Source: Mayamaea pseudoterrestris (Eukaryota). From it: a DNA stretch of 64,000 bases. Of the stretch, positions 32,401 through 42,354 are shown one piece after another. A model generated the notes under the pieces. It was not told the DNA's origin. It worked only from the letters and a program-made list of their open reading frames with translations, and did not search any database. The stretch lies in NCBI GenBank assembly GCA_027923505.1, contig BROI01000005.1, forward strand, positions 930,001 to 994,000, in the 5' to 3' direction. Position numbers and translations under genes: made by a program. Within the stretch, counting starts at the first letter, position 1. Each line of letters opens with the position of its first letter.

Positions 32401-33254
32401 GTTGCGAGGTTGCAGAATTTGGGCCGGAACGAGTCCTCCTTCGATGCAATCCAGAGGACCCGACGGACGTACTTGAATTCCTTCGCGAGGAGGGATCGAC
32501 CCTTTACTTCCTTGAAGCCTTTCGTCGACCAGAAAGCATTAATGCGATTGACGATGAATCAAGAGAGGAGGATCGAGACGACGAAGATTTAAATGAGGAG
32601 GACGACGAGGGCGACGATCCTGCAGACGAGGCAATCAATAAGCCTCCGCAGCGCGTCGAGATTAACCAAGCTCATCAAATCCTTGGGCATCCTGGAAAGA
32701 ATCAATTGCAGCAGTACGCAACGCAGTTCAATTGGAAGCTTTACGGCAACTTGGATCAATGCGCTCCTTGCGAGAAAGGCAAGATGACGGCAAAGAAGAC
32801 GGCCAAGTCTACCGCTGTGACAGCTCTGCGACCTGGAGAGCGCATCTTTGTTGACTCGAGTGGTCCTTACGATGAGACACAAGGAAAGAATAAGTATTGG
32901 TTAATGATGGTAGACGATCATACCAGCAGAAAATGGTGCCATTTCACTCGATACAAGTCACAAATGGCCGACGTTGTTATGGAGGAGCTCACGTCGTTGC
33001 GAGCGCGCAACTTCCCTTGCCTCTATCTTCGCCTTGATAACGCTCCAGAATGGCTACCGCTTGAAAAGTATTGCAAGCAGTGGGGCATTCAGATGGAATA
33101 TACCGCCCCGTATACGCCTCAATGGAACGGAAAAGTGGAACGAGCGTTCCCTTATTTGCGCGACAGAGCGTACGCAATGATGAACGCAGCCGCCTTCGCG
33201 ACGAGTCTACAGTTACAAATGACAAAGGAATTGAAGTTAAACAAGTTCCTTTAA
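29457..33254 (+). CDS. Copia ORF part 1: Gag (CCHC knuckle), unknown ~560-aa insert, aspartic protease, integrase N-terminal and core
   Basis: CFNCDKVGHFASDC; LLDSGATQH; HQILGH...CAPC; IFVDSSGP, LRLDNAPE, PQWNGKVER. Confidence 0.9.
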   Translation: MTADTREIRTNKMKGVPFKGETREQFEQFKIMILREAKQSGCIPFLISDMTKDVNGNPTPFLTDMEYARRQIWTTAATTATSTLPRPPPASPSTTLPTEVGETAATPRTLFTSFREPTSHELLMYQKDAEAGNALMASAENPGLRQRLNDKKTAHEMWLMLNVEFGSTHLVTNLGKLKKKLIQTTPRDYDKPEEFFSVIDLRNGNLGLIDNGKYKFDDIELTILMYESIPDKGDPKWEAFKVVHSPNLTTLTGLQFRELLKDSWDHFGNPCGSKKTGRDKDHALAFTSGKKGGSGKGYKGKGEFKGKGGGDTATKANKPKKFREDITCFNCDKVGHFASDCKEPKKEKQVQFAASVSSTSSKKHTKSSKKDYAFAIMSVEGVTPAGTLAPTVKQSSYDSFFDPASLSSSLPTPTIHAFYNQVSGKQASWGSVCDSQADDDDFVRSNISLGDGSLARYEMEEAESEWEAIEEAADNLADTNGYQDNEASEGYVAASNASAFVVVDSTVPIWIGNPLLAGIGASGPPDGSDHGDDSTSGDGWSPSISSESSDDTNVTLSELYTWEEAMLMSENKHSKPRSAKGMKFTDKRSEIEKLNTLHKEVQKQLAVTERLGNRPPDDLFMQVLKTRWLNRPDDAPLDLLTKYKVFCYLRDEESSMASSVNSYYALSGEMIQRNITEYHHTAMRTTMQEERARLAEGQICYPDPGQFWDHVVCDPRYNNLQACTTEAERQCAREYFRNQERAIQLAAEENWSGPYSFDGIRSNFFIPVRLMDGSELEYQQRAEAYFRTPANQRVVSNFPMRFNGGEEESSNEPSALVRGRAAEEESSSIPTEVTVALGHLDFAEQWEWFMNIRRREQYVHEQLMCDIRCSVQWIPEFDCVVVPIDYVAAVMAATDGHTNHTNKYLLDSGATQHVSSSDMGMSYLQACPLILTAANGEPMYTPVMGDLPLQTKTGIRLTLTGVPVVPTAPMNIISMSKLLDAGCEVAEFGPERVLLRCNPEDPTDVLEFLREEGSTLYFLEAFRRPESINAIDDESREEDRDDEDLNEEDDEGDDPADEAINKPPQRVEINQAHQILGHPGKNQLQQYATQFNWKLYGNLDQCAPCEKGKMTAKKTAKSTAVTALRPGERIFVDSSGPYDETQGKNKYWLMMVDDHTSRKWCHFTRYKSQMADVVMEELTSLRARNFPCLYLRLDNAPEWLPLEKYCKQWGIQMEYTAPYTPQWNGKVERAFPYLRDRAYAMMNAAAFATSLQLQMTKELKLNKFL

Positions 33255-35782
33255 AGCTTTGGGCGCACAGCGTGCATACTGCAGTGGTCCTCGACAATTT
33301 ACTCGCTCGAGGCAAGTACAGCAACGCGTACGCCGCGTTCAAGGAGCACCCGTTGGTCCGTTCAACGGATCTCGTCCCTTGGGGAAACCAAGGATGGATG
33401 AAGAAACCAGGAAAGCAAAAGCATTTTGTTTCTAAAGCGGAGCTTGTTTACTTCGTCGGGTACGCCGACTTGCACTCGTCCGACACCTTCCTCGTTTGGA
33501 AACCGTCCACGGGTCAAGTCATTGTCACTAGAAACGTCAAGTTTGCACACCCAGACCATCAGCAAAGGATTGTTAATGAAGGAACGACGAGCGACAGCGA
33601 TTCTGACCGCTCGAGCGATGGCCACAAGGAGGATTCAAGTGATGGAGACTCGCTCCCTCAAGATGCGCCGCCCGAATCGAGCGACGATGAATCGGTCATC
33701 CAATCAGGGAGGGATACAGCTCCTAGAGTCAATCATTTGCCTCTTCCATTGCCGCCTGTTAACAGTCGTCTGCAAAGAGAGCTACGCAGATTGGATTCCG
33801 ATTACAATCCATCGTCTGTTGAAGAAGAAAGAAGAACGCGAGCGTCGGTGCGACAGTCGGAACCAGTCGAGCGTGACACCGTTCCATCACCAATCCCCAC
33901 GGTACCTCAAGTGGCCAGCGTGGCTGCCATTGCAACAAGTAAAGCAAAACGCCCTCCTTTGCCTACTAATGCTAAAGAAGCTTATCTAAAGGAGAACAAG
34001 CTTGTATGGGGACCCGCTACGTTCGAGGAATATGACAAGTTCATGAAGCGCGAGGCCTGGGTTGTCGAGGATCGACCAAAGGATCGCAAGCTGCTTCGAA
34101 TGAAGAACGTTTTCACGTATAAGGAGAATGCCATTACGAGGATCTACGAGGCAAGATGCCGCAACGTTATACTTGGCTACAACATGCGAGAAGGAATCGA
34201 CTATAACGAGTCGTTCTCGCCAACGCCAGTGGATCAAACAATTCGCACCCACCTCACCGTCTCCCTGTTCATTCGACAGGAGATAGAGGATCGAGACGGC
34301 CCCGAGGCAGCAGAAGCTAACTGGAGATGCTGCGATGTGTTCGATATAGACGCTGCGTTCCTCAATACGCCAGTCGCGACAGACTTGTGGATCGAGGCGC
34401 CACCGTTGTTTGAAGAATATTGCAAGTCGAGAGGAATCCCGTTCGATCCGACCAAGCAATGCTTGCGACTCGCCAACACGCAATACGGGCAAGTCGATGC
34501 CTCAGCACTGTGGCTAAAGCACTTCGCAAAGATCCTACACGCTGCAGGAATGACGCGGATGAAGAGCGATCCGTGTATGTTCTTCAAGAGGTCGCCAGAC
34601 GGCACGCTTCTTCTACTCGTTACAATCTACGTTGACGATGCTGCAGTTAGTGGAGTCCCTCGAGAGGTTGAGGAACTCAAACGCAAAGTTAAAGAGTACG
34701 TTGACATAAAGGATCTTGGACCAATCAGGAAGCATCTTGGCATCCATTACAAGCTCCTGCGTGACAAGGTCGGCGTGTACTACGAGTGCACGATGACGAC
34801 GTACAAGAACGATATAATCTCTGAGTTTAAACGATACACAAACCAGACGACTCTAAAGGACGTACAAACGCCAGCGCCAGGAGGATCTTCGCTACTCAAG
34901 AACGAAGGCGAGCCGATCGATTCAACTGGATACAGATCGTTCAAAGGGAAGGTACTCTTTGGCGACAGAAAGGTCTGGCCCGATATTAGCAACGCCGTAA
35001 GAGACGGATGCTCCCACGTTAACAATCCTAGCGAGGAAGCGTGGAAGCAGCTCACGAGAATCATGAGTTATTTGGAGCATCACGAGCAGCCGTTGAAACT
35101 TCGCACGCCGAACTCTTTGCAGTCGTTTGCTATATCAGATACAGACTGGGCGACGGACAAGAATGACCGCCGCAGCACGACGAGTAACCTCACGTTGCTT
35201 GGAGGAAACGCGCTCGTCAACTGGGTATCTCGAAAGCAGAAGACCGTGGCTCTATCAAGTACTGAAGCAGAGACTTACGGAATGACGGACGCCGTCAAGG
35301 ATCTAGTCTTTCAAGAGAATCTTGTGAGCGAGATACTGGGATTCCAAGCGCCTGGACCAATGATAGCATACTGCGACAACACTGGAGCGATCTTTCTTGC
35401 AACGAACAATCAAGTTAGCCAGCGCACGAAGCACATTGATATAAGACACAGGTTCATCAGCGAGCTAGTCGAGAGCGGCAAACTCGAGTTGCGCTACATC
35501 AAGACTGATGAGAATCCAGCAGATATCCTTTCAAAGAATTGCAAGGAGGAGATTCATCTAAAACATGCCGATGCCATTTACGATGGATTCGCCGCATCAC
35601 CGATTCAGGAGGATGTTGCAAACCACGTTAGCTTAGTGGAATCGAGGATGACACCGAAGATGACATCTATTGAAGATGATGACGATTGGACCGAGGTACA
35701 ATCAAAGGAGAGGAAGACTAATAGAAGGGCTTCCTACAAGTGTCAAGAAGGGCAGATGCTCCGAGTGAAGGCCCTGGGATAG
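33254..35782 (+). CDS. Copia ORF part 2 (-1 frame): integrase C-terminus, SH3-like, reverse transcriptase, RNase H
   Basis: KLWAHSVHTAVVLDN; YFVGY; ESFSPT, DIDAAFLN, YGQVDAS, IYVDD; SDTDWATD, SSTEAE, CDNTGAI, KHIDIRHRFI, ENPADILSK. Confidence 0.9.
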   Translation, partial: KLWAHSVHTAVVLDNLLARGKYSNAYAAFKEHPLVRSTDLVPWGNQGWMKKPGKQKHFVSKAELVYFVGYADLHSSDTFLVWKPSTGQVIVTRNVKFAHPDHQQRIVNEGTTSDSDSDRSSDGHKEDSSDGDSLPQDAPPESSDDESVIQSGRDTAPRVNHLPLPLPPVNSRLQRELRRLDSDYNPSSVEEERRTRASVRQSEPVERDTVPSPIPTVPQVASVAAIATSKAKRPPLPTNAKEAYLKENKLVWGPATFEEYDKFMKREAWVVEDRPKDRKLLRMKNVFTYKENAITRIYEARCRNVILGYNMREGIDYNESFSPTPVDQTIRTHLTVSLFIRQEIEDRDGPEAAEANWRCCDVFDIDAAFLNTPVATDLWIEAPPLFEEYCKSRGIPFDPTKQCLRLANTQYGQVDASALWLKHFAKILHAAGMTRMKSDPCMFFKRSPDGTLLLLVTIYVDDAAVSGVPREVEELKRKVKEYVDIKDLGPIRKHLGIHYKLLRDKVGVYYECTMTTYKNDIISEFKRYTNQTTLKDVQTPAPGGSSLLKNEGEPIDSTGYRSFKGKVLFGDRKVWPDISNAVRDGCSHVNNPSEEAWKQLTRIMSYLEHHEQPLKLRTPNSLQSFAISDTDWATDKNDRRSTTSNLTLLGGNALVNWVSRKQKTVALSSTEAETYGMTDAVKDLVFQENLVSEILGFQAPGPMIAYCDNTGAIFLATNNQVSQRTKHIDIRHRFISELVESGKLELRYIKTDENPADILSKNCKEEIHLKHADAIYDGFAASPIQEDVANHVSLVESRMTPKMTSIEDDDDWTEVQSKERKTNRRASYKCQEGQMLRVKALG

Positions 35783-35940
35783 GACCAGAGGAGGCATCTG
35801 ATTGTGGCTCTTCACTTGTATCAACGATCAAGGATCGTTGACACCAGTCAAGTAGCAAGTAGTGCTCACAAAGCAGTAGAAGAGTTGGTTTAAAGTAATC
35901 AGTACGGTTACCACCAGATTCGTTTTGTAGTTATTCGACA
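35614..35940 (+). repeat. 3' LTR
   Basis: Direct repeat of 29079-29405. Confidence 0.97.
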
Positions 35941-36001
35941 CCTGTGGTCATCAACAAGACTTGTATAATCTGAAAATCATCTCCGCAACACAAGTTACTA
36001 A

Positions 36002-37309
36002 TTATAGTGCTGCGGGAACGATGCCATTGATATTATCGACGCGAAAGACCGCGCTTCCGAAAGGCTTTGAGCCGACATGTCGCTCCATTGTAGCCTCGAT
36101 TAATGTCGCCTCGTTTGTTATTGGCCCACGTGGTTGGGGAGTATGTGGATTATGCTGCCGCTCCAGTCGTATATGAATATCTGCCACTCGAATCCAAGCC
36201 TGTCCAAGAGCTGGTTTCCAATCGCGCAGGAAAGGAATCGCCATTGGTGCTCCGCGACCAGCACTCACATTTAGTTGAGGTATTCTTTCCTGCGTCGTGC
36301 CATTTGTCAAAACAATCGCCATGCTATGCTGACGAGCCATGCGTTTCAAAGTAATACCGACCGTGGCGAGCAGGTTCGTCCCTGCGCCACTTAAACAGCC
36401 AGAAGCAGAATCTAGAATGATGAGAACCGGTAAAGCCACGTCACCATCAGAACTACGCTTTTGTGTCTCTTGCGAAGACATGAATGTGGATTCAATTTGA
36501 TGCAGGACCCGCAAAACGGAATATGCGTTTGATGCGGAGAGTGTAACAAAGTGCGTTGATTGGAGCGCCGCAATGTATCGAAGCGATTTGTCACTCTTCC
36601 CTCGGCTTCGCGCCAGTGTCGACAGCCGGTTGGCCAGACAGGATACCGCGCCCAAGCTTGAAAGGTAGTAGGTGGTAGTTTGTGTCAGAGCATTTGCAGC
36701 TAGCTGCAAACAAAGTTGCGTCTTGCCGCAGGCGGGTTTCCCGCAAAACTGCGTCACGTAGCCAAATGGAACGCCAAGTCCAAATGTGCTCTTTTCATTC
36801 AGCAAAGGTGTATTGCCAAGTTGATCAGATTGATGCTCAAAAGGTGACGAGAGTAGCTGATCAAGTGCTGGACAATTGGTGGAGATTGCATTATTGTTAT
36901 AATTCTTTTGGTTTTGGTACGTTATCGCCTCCAGAGCTGAAACAGTTCCAGGAATCCAAATTCGACTAGCTTGTCTTGCACTATACTGACTAGTTGCGTC
37001 CGTAGCAATAACTTGGGCATGTCGGTGGACCAATTTCGCTCGTTTGCCGGGTCTCGAGTGCTCGCTGATTGCTAGAGCAACATCATGTCGAAGCTTTTTC
37101 ATTTGCGGCAATTTGAGAAGCATGACGTCTTTTGTGTGATCAGAAATGTGACCTATAATCGATGGGTGGCGAGAGAGAAGAGCGACGGGCGTTGCAACGG
37201 GGTGATGATGATAATCGTCGTCGTCGTCGGACTTTGGAAGCTTGGAGACGGATACAAGAAGTCCCGACCGAAGCTTTATATCGATGTCTAAGGCAGCAAA
37301 TGTAGGCAT
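36002..37309 (-). CDS. RAD51 paralog (RAD51D-like RecA-fold ATPase)
   Basis: ISTNCPALDQLL, Walker A GKPACGKTQLC, Walker B LIILDS, LKRMAR...IVLTN, KPALGQAW. Confidence 0.8.
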   Translation of the reverse strand: MPTFAALDIDIKLRSGLLVSVSKLPKSDDDDDYHHHPVATPVALLSRHPSIIGHISDHTKDVMLLKLPQMKKLRHDVALAISEHSRPGKRAKLVHRHAQVIATDATSQYSARQASRIWIPGTVSALEAITYQNQKNYNNNAISTNCPALDQLLSSPFEHQSDQLGNTPLLNEKSTFGLGVPFGYVTQFCGKPACGKTQLCLQLAANALTQTTTYYLSSLGAVSCLANRLSTLARSRGKSDKSLRYIAALQSTHFVTLSASNAYSVLRVLHQIESTFMSSQETQKRSSDGDVALPVLIILDSASGCLSGAGTNLLATVGITLKRMARQHSMAIVLTNGTTQERIPQLNVSAGRGAPMAIPFLRDWKPALGQAWIRVADIHIRLERQHNPHTPQPRGPITNEATLIEATMERHVGSKPFGSAVFRVDNINGIVPAAL

Positions 37310-37613
37310 GAAGCTGTAAATGTGTGTTTGTGTAAAATGAACGGTCGGTCTGTCAGAAAAGGGCTTCTGCTTCGATGGTACAGGTTTCTTTCATTGCTGT
37401 GAGACTGTGGATGAACATCCTTTGCGCATAGCGACGACTGCGAGAGGACGGCGCGCCAAAATATGTCTTAGCGGTACTCTACAGTTGACAGTGCGACGCA
37501 AGATTGAAACGCATGGCGGCGAGTTGGATGATCGCACAAAAAAGGCATCGGCGGCCATCATGCTAACTTCATTACTATACAGTCTTTACCGGTAGGCTCA
37601 GTCATCTCCTAGA

Positions 37614-40270
37614 ATGAATCAACCAGCCGTCTATCAACCACACCCGTCCCATCAGCAGCAACAAAATACACCTCCTCCTCCTCATGCCATCGCTCGACGT
37701 TCGGGGCCTGCTCCCCCGCCTCGCGTTCCAAAACAGAAGAAGAAGCAGATTGACGACGACATTATCGTGACACAGTCGCCAGATCAAGAGACTGAGGATG
37801 GGAGAATTGTGAACCGACAGGTACGTGTCAGAGTACGATCACAACGGTGACGATGGATCTTGTTAATGTTGAACTTGACTTTGCTGTGCTATGCTCACAT
37901 GCTCACCCAAATTTTATGGCTGCTGTACAACTCCACATTGACTATCACCACCAGGCGGTGAAAGCGATTATCGACACATGGATTTACAAGCAAGTGCGAC
38001 AGCGACAGGCAGAATTTACGCAATACAAGCAGGTACGTTTGTTGTTGCTTTGGAGCCGGCAAGCTCCAACTACCGGTGACCAAGGCACCGTCTACGTCCT
38101 GCAACATTCATCTCATTTCTTATATACTTATGGATCTATAAATCTTATATCAAAACAGGCGTCACTATTCCTTGGAACCTGGAATGTAAATGCCAAGGGC
38201 AAGAGCGACGAGCGTCTTGATGAGTGGCTATGCGCCGACTGGCAAACAGCAACGCCCGATATTGTCGCAGTCGGATTTCAAGAAATTGTCGACTTGAACG
38301 CTGTCAATGTTGCTGTTGACAACAAGACACAGCAAAGGTCGCAGTTCTGGGTGGAGCAGCTAACGCAGACGCTCAATCGACGTGCTGGTAGTTCACAACC
38401 CTATGTTCTTGTTGCCAGCAAGAGTATGGTTGGATTGCTCATTGTTATCTTTGTCAAAGCGGTTCATCAGCATCGGGTTCAGTATGTTAGTGCAGCGAGC
38501 GTTGGAGTGGGTGTCATGGGCATGATGGGTAACAAGGGCGGTGTGAGCATTCGCTTACACTTTTACGACACGACGCTCTGCTTTGTTTGTTCGCATTTGG
38601 CGGCTCATCGAGAGAATGTCACGGGGAGAAACCAAGACTTTAGTAACGTTTACAGCAAGATGGTATTTGATGTCGGTGAAAGGGCTATTCAGGAGTTTAT
38701 TCGGTCCGGATCGCTTTCACACTGGTCTATTGGAAAAACTGAGGTTGGAATTGCTGACCATGACATGATTTTCTTCATTGGAGATTTGAACTATCGAATA
38801 GACGAGTCCATGATGACAGAAAAGGTGTTGCAGCTATCGGAGAAGAATATTCTCGACGAGTTGCGGACGCTGGATCAGCTGAATGTGGAGCGAGCGGCCG
38901 GGAGGGCCTTTTCAGACTTTTTTGAAGGCATTTTAAACTTTCCACCAACCTACAAATACCAACCAGGCACGGAAACGTATGACCAGAGGCCAGATAAAAA
39001 AGTTCGAGCACCTGCATGGTGCGACCGAATACTTTGGAGTGCCCAACAGCCTGAGCATGTCCAGCAGATCACATATGGTCGCAGCGAAAAGCCAAACATA
39101 TCGGACCACAAGGCAGTTTATTCGACTATGCGTGTGACGATCAAGGATGTCATTCAATCTAAGCGTGAAGCTATTTACGAACAGCTCATGAAACTAGTGG
39201 ATACGGTCGAGAACCGGACGTTGCCGGTGATCAAACTGGATCGCGTTAAGTTGGACTTTGGACTCGTTCACTATGAGCAAAGTGCATCTCTTTCAATTAA
39301 CATTACCAATTTTGGCGGCGTTGTGGCGCATTGGCGTCTGATCCCAAAGCTTGATGAGGTGCGTGTTGCCAATTGCGTCCTCTGTCGGCTTGTAAGCTGG
39401 TTGAGTTTCTAACGCACTCCGTTTTCATTACAGAATGTCGTGAGCAAGCCGTGGATTACTGTAGCCCCGGCTCATGGACTGATAATTCCAGGTAGTAGCC
39501 CATCCTGTATCGTCTGTACTGTGACCATAACTAAGGATACGGCGCACATGTTAAACTCAGGGCGGGAAGTTCTCAGTGATGTTCTTGTACTGCGCCTGGA
39601 AAATGGACGCGACTATTACATCACCGTCGAGGCAACTTATGCGCGCTCATGTTTCGGCATGTCTGCAGAAGAGCTCGTCGTATACTCAGATCCTGTCCGA
39701 AACGTGCCGCTCGACTCGATTAAGCGGTCAAAGGGTATTGACCCTCGTGCGCCCGCCACTTTGTGTATTCCCAAGGAACTGTGGCGAATTATCGACGCAA
39801 TATACGAAAATGGACTTTATACGCCACATTTGTTCACAGAAGTCGGAATTCTAGAAGAAATCGCACAGATTCGAGAATGTCTAGACACTGGTACTCGATT
39901 TGGTGAATTTTGCATCCACTCCTACGCAGAAACGCTGACGACCTTTTTGGAGAGTCTTTCGGCACCGATTGTCCCAGGCAATCTATTCCCTTCTCAAGAA
40001 ATAGACTCGCTGAGCATACAGTCATGTGCACGTCGGTTACTGGAAGAGCTACCTCCCGTTCATTACAACATCTTTGTATATGTCATATCGTTTTTTCGAG
40101 AAGTTCTCATCCATCGAGATAACAATTTGCTTTCAGCAGCTAAAATTGCCCGAGTTTGCTGCAGCGCTATGGCAGCCGGTGCTGATATCGTCGGCTTTGG
40201 AACCTCTGCGGCAAGAAGGCATGGCATGCAGCTAATAATTTTACATTTGCTGGAGACCAGCTCGATATGA
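37614..40270 (+). CDS. OCRL: OCRL/INPP5B-type inositol polyphosphate 5-phosphatase with ASH and RhoGAP-like domains, 4 exons: 37614-37820, 37955-38032, 38159-39358, 39434-40270
   Basis: GTWNVN, VGFQEIV, MGNKGGV, FIGDLNYRI, PPTYKY, PAWCDRIL, SDHKAV; LRLENGRDYYI, IPKELWRIID. Confidence 0.9.
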
Positions 40271-40476
40271 GCTTTGCATTTATAGCACTACCGGTAAAAG
40301 GCTATATAATTTTAATAATATATTTATATAAAAACCGGGTAGCTTTGCCAGTGCTTCGCCATGAGCTACGCTATCGAACGTCCTGCCAATCACATCGACC
40401 ATTTCGCCGAAAGTTGTACTTACGATATCATATCATATTTGCGCTTGCGGCTCAGCTTTGCGCCCAACGCTAGTTT

Positions 40477-42057
40477 TTAAGCGGATCGGTGGGTTCGAAT
40501 AATCGACAAAAGCCCCATCTCGTTGCGGCGCATGAACTCCATCAAACTGGCGACATTTTCAATGGCTTGTAGTGCCGCATGCAGTTGCAAAGATCGTCCT
40601 ACTTCATCGACTAGCTCCCTGGCCGCGGCGAACATGGGGCTCACCAAACGTCGCTGACGATTTAATGCAACAATGAACGCCATTTGTTTGCTCCAAGTGG
40701 CGTCCCACATTACATGTACTGACTGTGTCGAACTCCACCATTCCTCCCATTCCACAGCTTGAAATGAAATGTGTTCCAGACATCGAGGTTCAGTATCAAT
40801 CGCTTCCAATAAGGCGTTAGAGCAAACTCCCTTGCTGCCACAAGAATCTGTAACAATAACGTCAAGTTTGCGTAAAAATCCATTTCCCTTGATGTACCGA
40901 GTCAATGCGTTCTCTAAATCTGCACTCCATATGTCGACATGAAGCTTTAGCTTCTTCAGAGTACTACCACCAGCTTCGTTCAAAAATGTCACAAGAGTTT
41001 TCTCCGATACGCTGTGAAGTACAAGAGAGTCAATATCTAAACCGTGTCGCAAGCGCAGACTCAGTGCTCCCAAAAGTGTTCGGAAATTGGCGACGAGGTA
41101 ATGTGCAAAGCAGCCTAGCTCAATGGTCTTAGTTCCAGCGATTGAATCTATCAAATTCGAGTGAAAACCATCTGGTAAAGTAAGATCATATCCTTCAAAA
41201 TGCTGGAGTCGAGATGCTGCCAGCCCGTTGCATGCAATAGCTGCAGCCTCTTCATTGCCAAAATTAACATGCATAAGCTTTAAGCTTGTCAAATGTGGAC
41301 ATAGCGTAATATTTCGCATGACGTTTGCTGTTTGGGGAGTCGAAATATTCAGAGAAACAATCTCAACCGACTCAAGCGCACTCATCGTCGGCAGAGCAAG
41401 ACCGATAATGTCAAATGATGCGGATCCTTCTAAAATCGCATTGACAAGTTTGAAGCTTTTTAGGTTCGGGTGATTCCAAAGGCTATCTCGCACGGCTTCA
41501 AAGCAAGGAACTGGGTCAAAGAAAGGATGCAGAAAGGGCCGTACAATCCAATCGTCTATCCACAATTCGAATTCCGTGAGCTGTCGACAGGCACGTAGGA
41601 ATGACGCGACCATACACAGTTGAGGAGCTGCCGTTTGCCGAAACCAAAATTTTGTTAGCTGAGGCAATCGTCCAAGGTTTTCGCCAATTTCCTGTATACT
41701 TCGGACCACATCGTGCGGCGTGGCAAGGCCAGCTTCGGTGACAGCGACAAATGAGTGATGAATGTCAACATCAAAATTCACACCAGCTGGAACAAGGAGA
41801 TGCCCATCGCCAAATGCTCGTACGCATGACTGCCAAAGGTCTCGGTCCAGCACGAATGTCATTAGCTCAAAGGATTCAATGTGATAAAATTCCTGGACTT
41901 GCAAGTGACACTTTTTCAAAAGCCACACAATGTGGCTGCGGCTGCCGTCGAGTTGAGTCCATACTGTCATAGACGCATCATCGTTCACGCTACTTTCTTC
42001 ATCATCGTCTGCCGGTGCATTTATGATACCATTGACAGGTGCAGCTGGCGGATCCAT
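40477..42057 (-). CDS. RNI-like/leucine-rich-repeat hypothetical protein
   Basis: Intronless 526-aa ORF with LxxLxL repeats (LPQLTKF, HPNLKSFKL, PHLTSLKL, LKKLKL) and C-terminal LNRQRR typical of expanded diatom LRR families. Confidence 0.65.
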   Translation of the reverse strand: MDPPAAPVNGIINAPADDDEESSVNDDASMTVWTQLDGSRSHIVWLLKKCHLQVQEFYHIESFELMTFVLDRDLWQSCVRAFGDGHLLVPAGVNFDVDIHHSFVAVTEAGLATPHDVVRSIQEIGENLGRLPQLTKFWFRQTAAPQLCMVASFLRACRQLTEFELWIDDWIVRPFLHPFFDPVPCFEAVRDSLWNHPNLKSFKLVNAILEGSASFDIIGLALPTMSALESVEIVSLNISTPQTANVMRNITLCPHLTSLKLMHVNFGNEEAAAIACNGLAASRLQHFEGYDLTLPDGFHSNLIDSIAGTKTIELGCFAHYLVANFRTLLGALSLRLRHGLDIDSLVLHSVSEKTLVTFLNEAGGSTLKKLKLHVDIWSADLENALTRYIKGNGFLRKLDVIVTDSCGSKGVCSNALLEAIDTEPRCLEHISFQAVEWEEWWSSTQSVHVMWDATWSKQMAFIVALNRQRRLVSPMFAAARELVDEVGRSLQLHAALQAIENVASLMEFMRRNEMGLLSIIRTHRSA

Positions 42058-42354
42058 GTTAATTGTGCGAGTGCGTGGTCAAGGACGAGTGATCGAAATG
42101 AAGTGCTGCAGTATACCGGTACGTAGTGTTGATTGTCGTTGCTCGTTGCATCTGTTCAACGGTATCACAGCGGCACCACTATTACCGATAAGACACATGT
42201 TTATTTCAGTTGCGGTACGACAATCTGCTCGCAGTGGATGCCAATGACCAGAGACGACATCATCATGATAGCATTAACAAGTTGTAGACACTGAAACTGA
42301 CCCATCGGCAGCTGCTGCATCAAGGATACTATCAACGAGTCAACCTTAGTTATA

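Larger units (their letters stand above)
29079..35940 (+). mobile_element. Full-length Ty1/copia (CoDi-type) LTR retrotransposon
   Basis: TG...CA 327-bp LTRs, flanking direct repeat CCTGTG (29073-29078 and 35941-35946), domain order gag-PR-IN-RT-RH, purine tract aggagga just before the 3' LTR. Confidence 0.97.

Noticed and set aside
33204..33256. Spliceosomal intron repairing the integrase frameshift
   Set aside because: The GT...AG candidates examined (45 and 52 nt) do not restore the frame.
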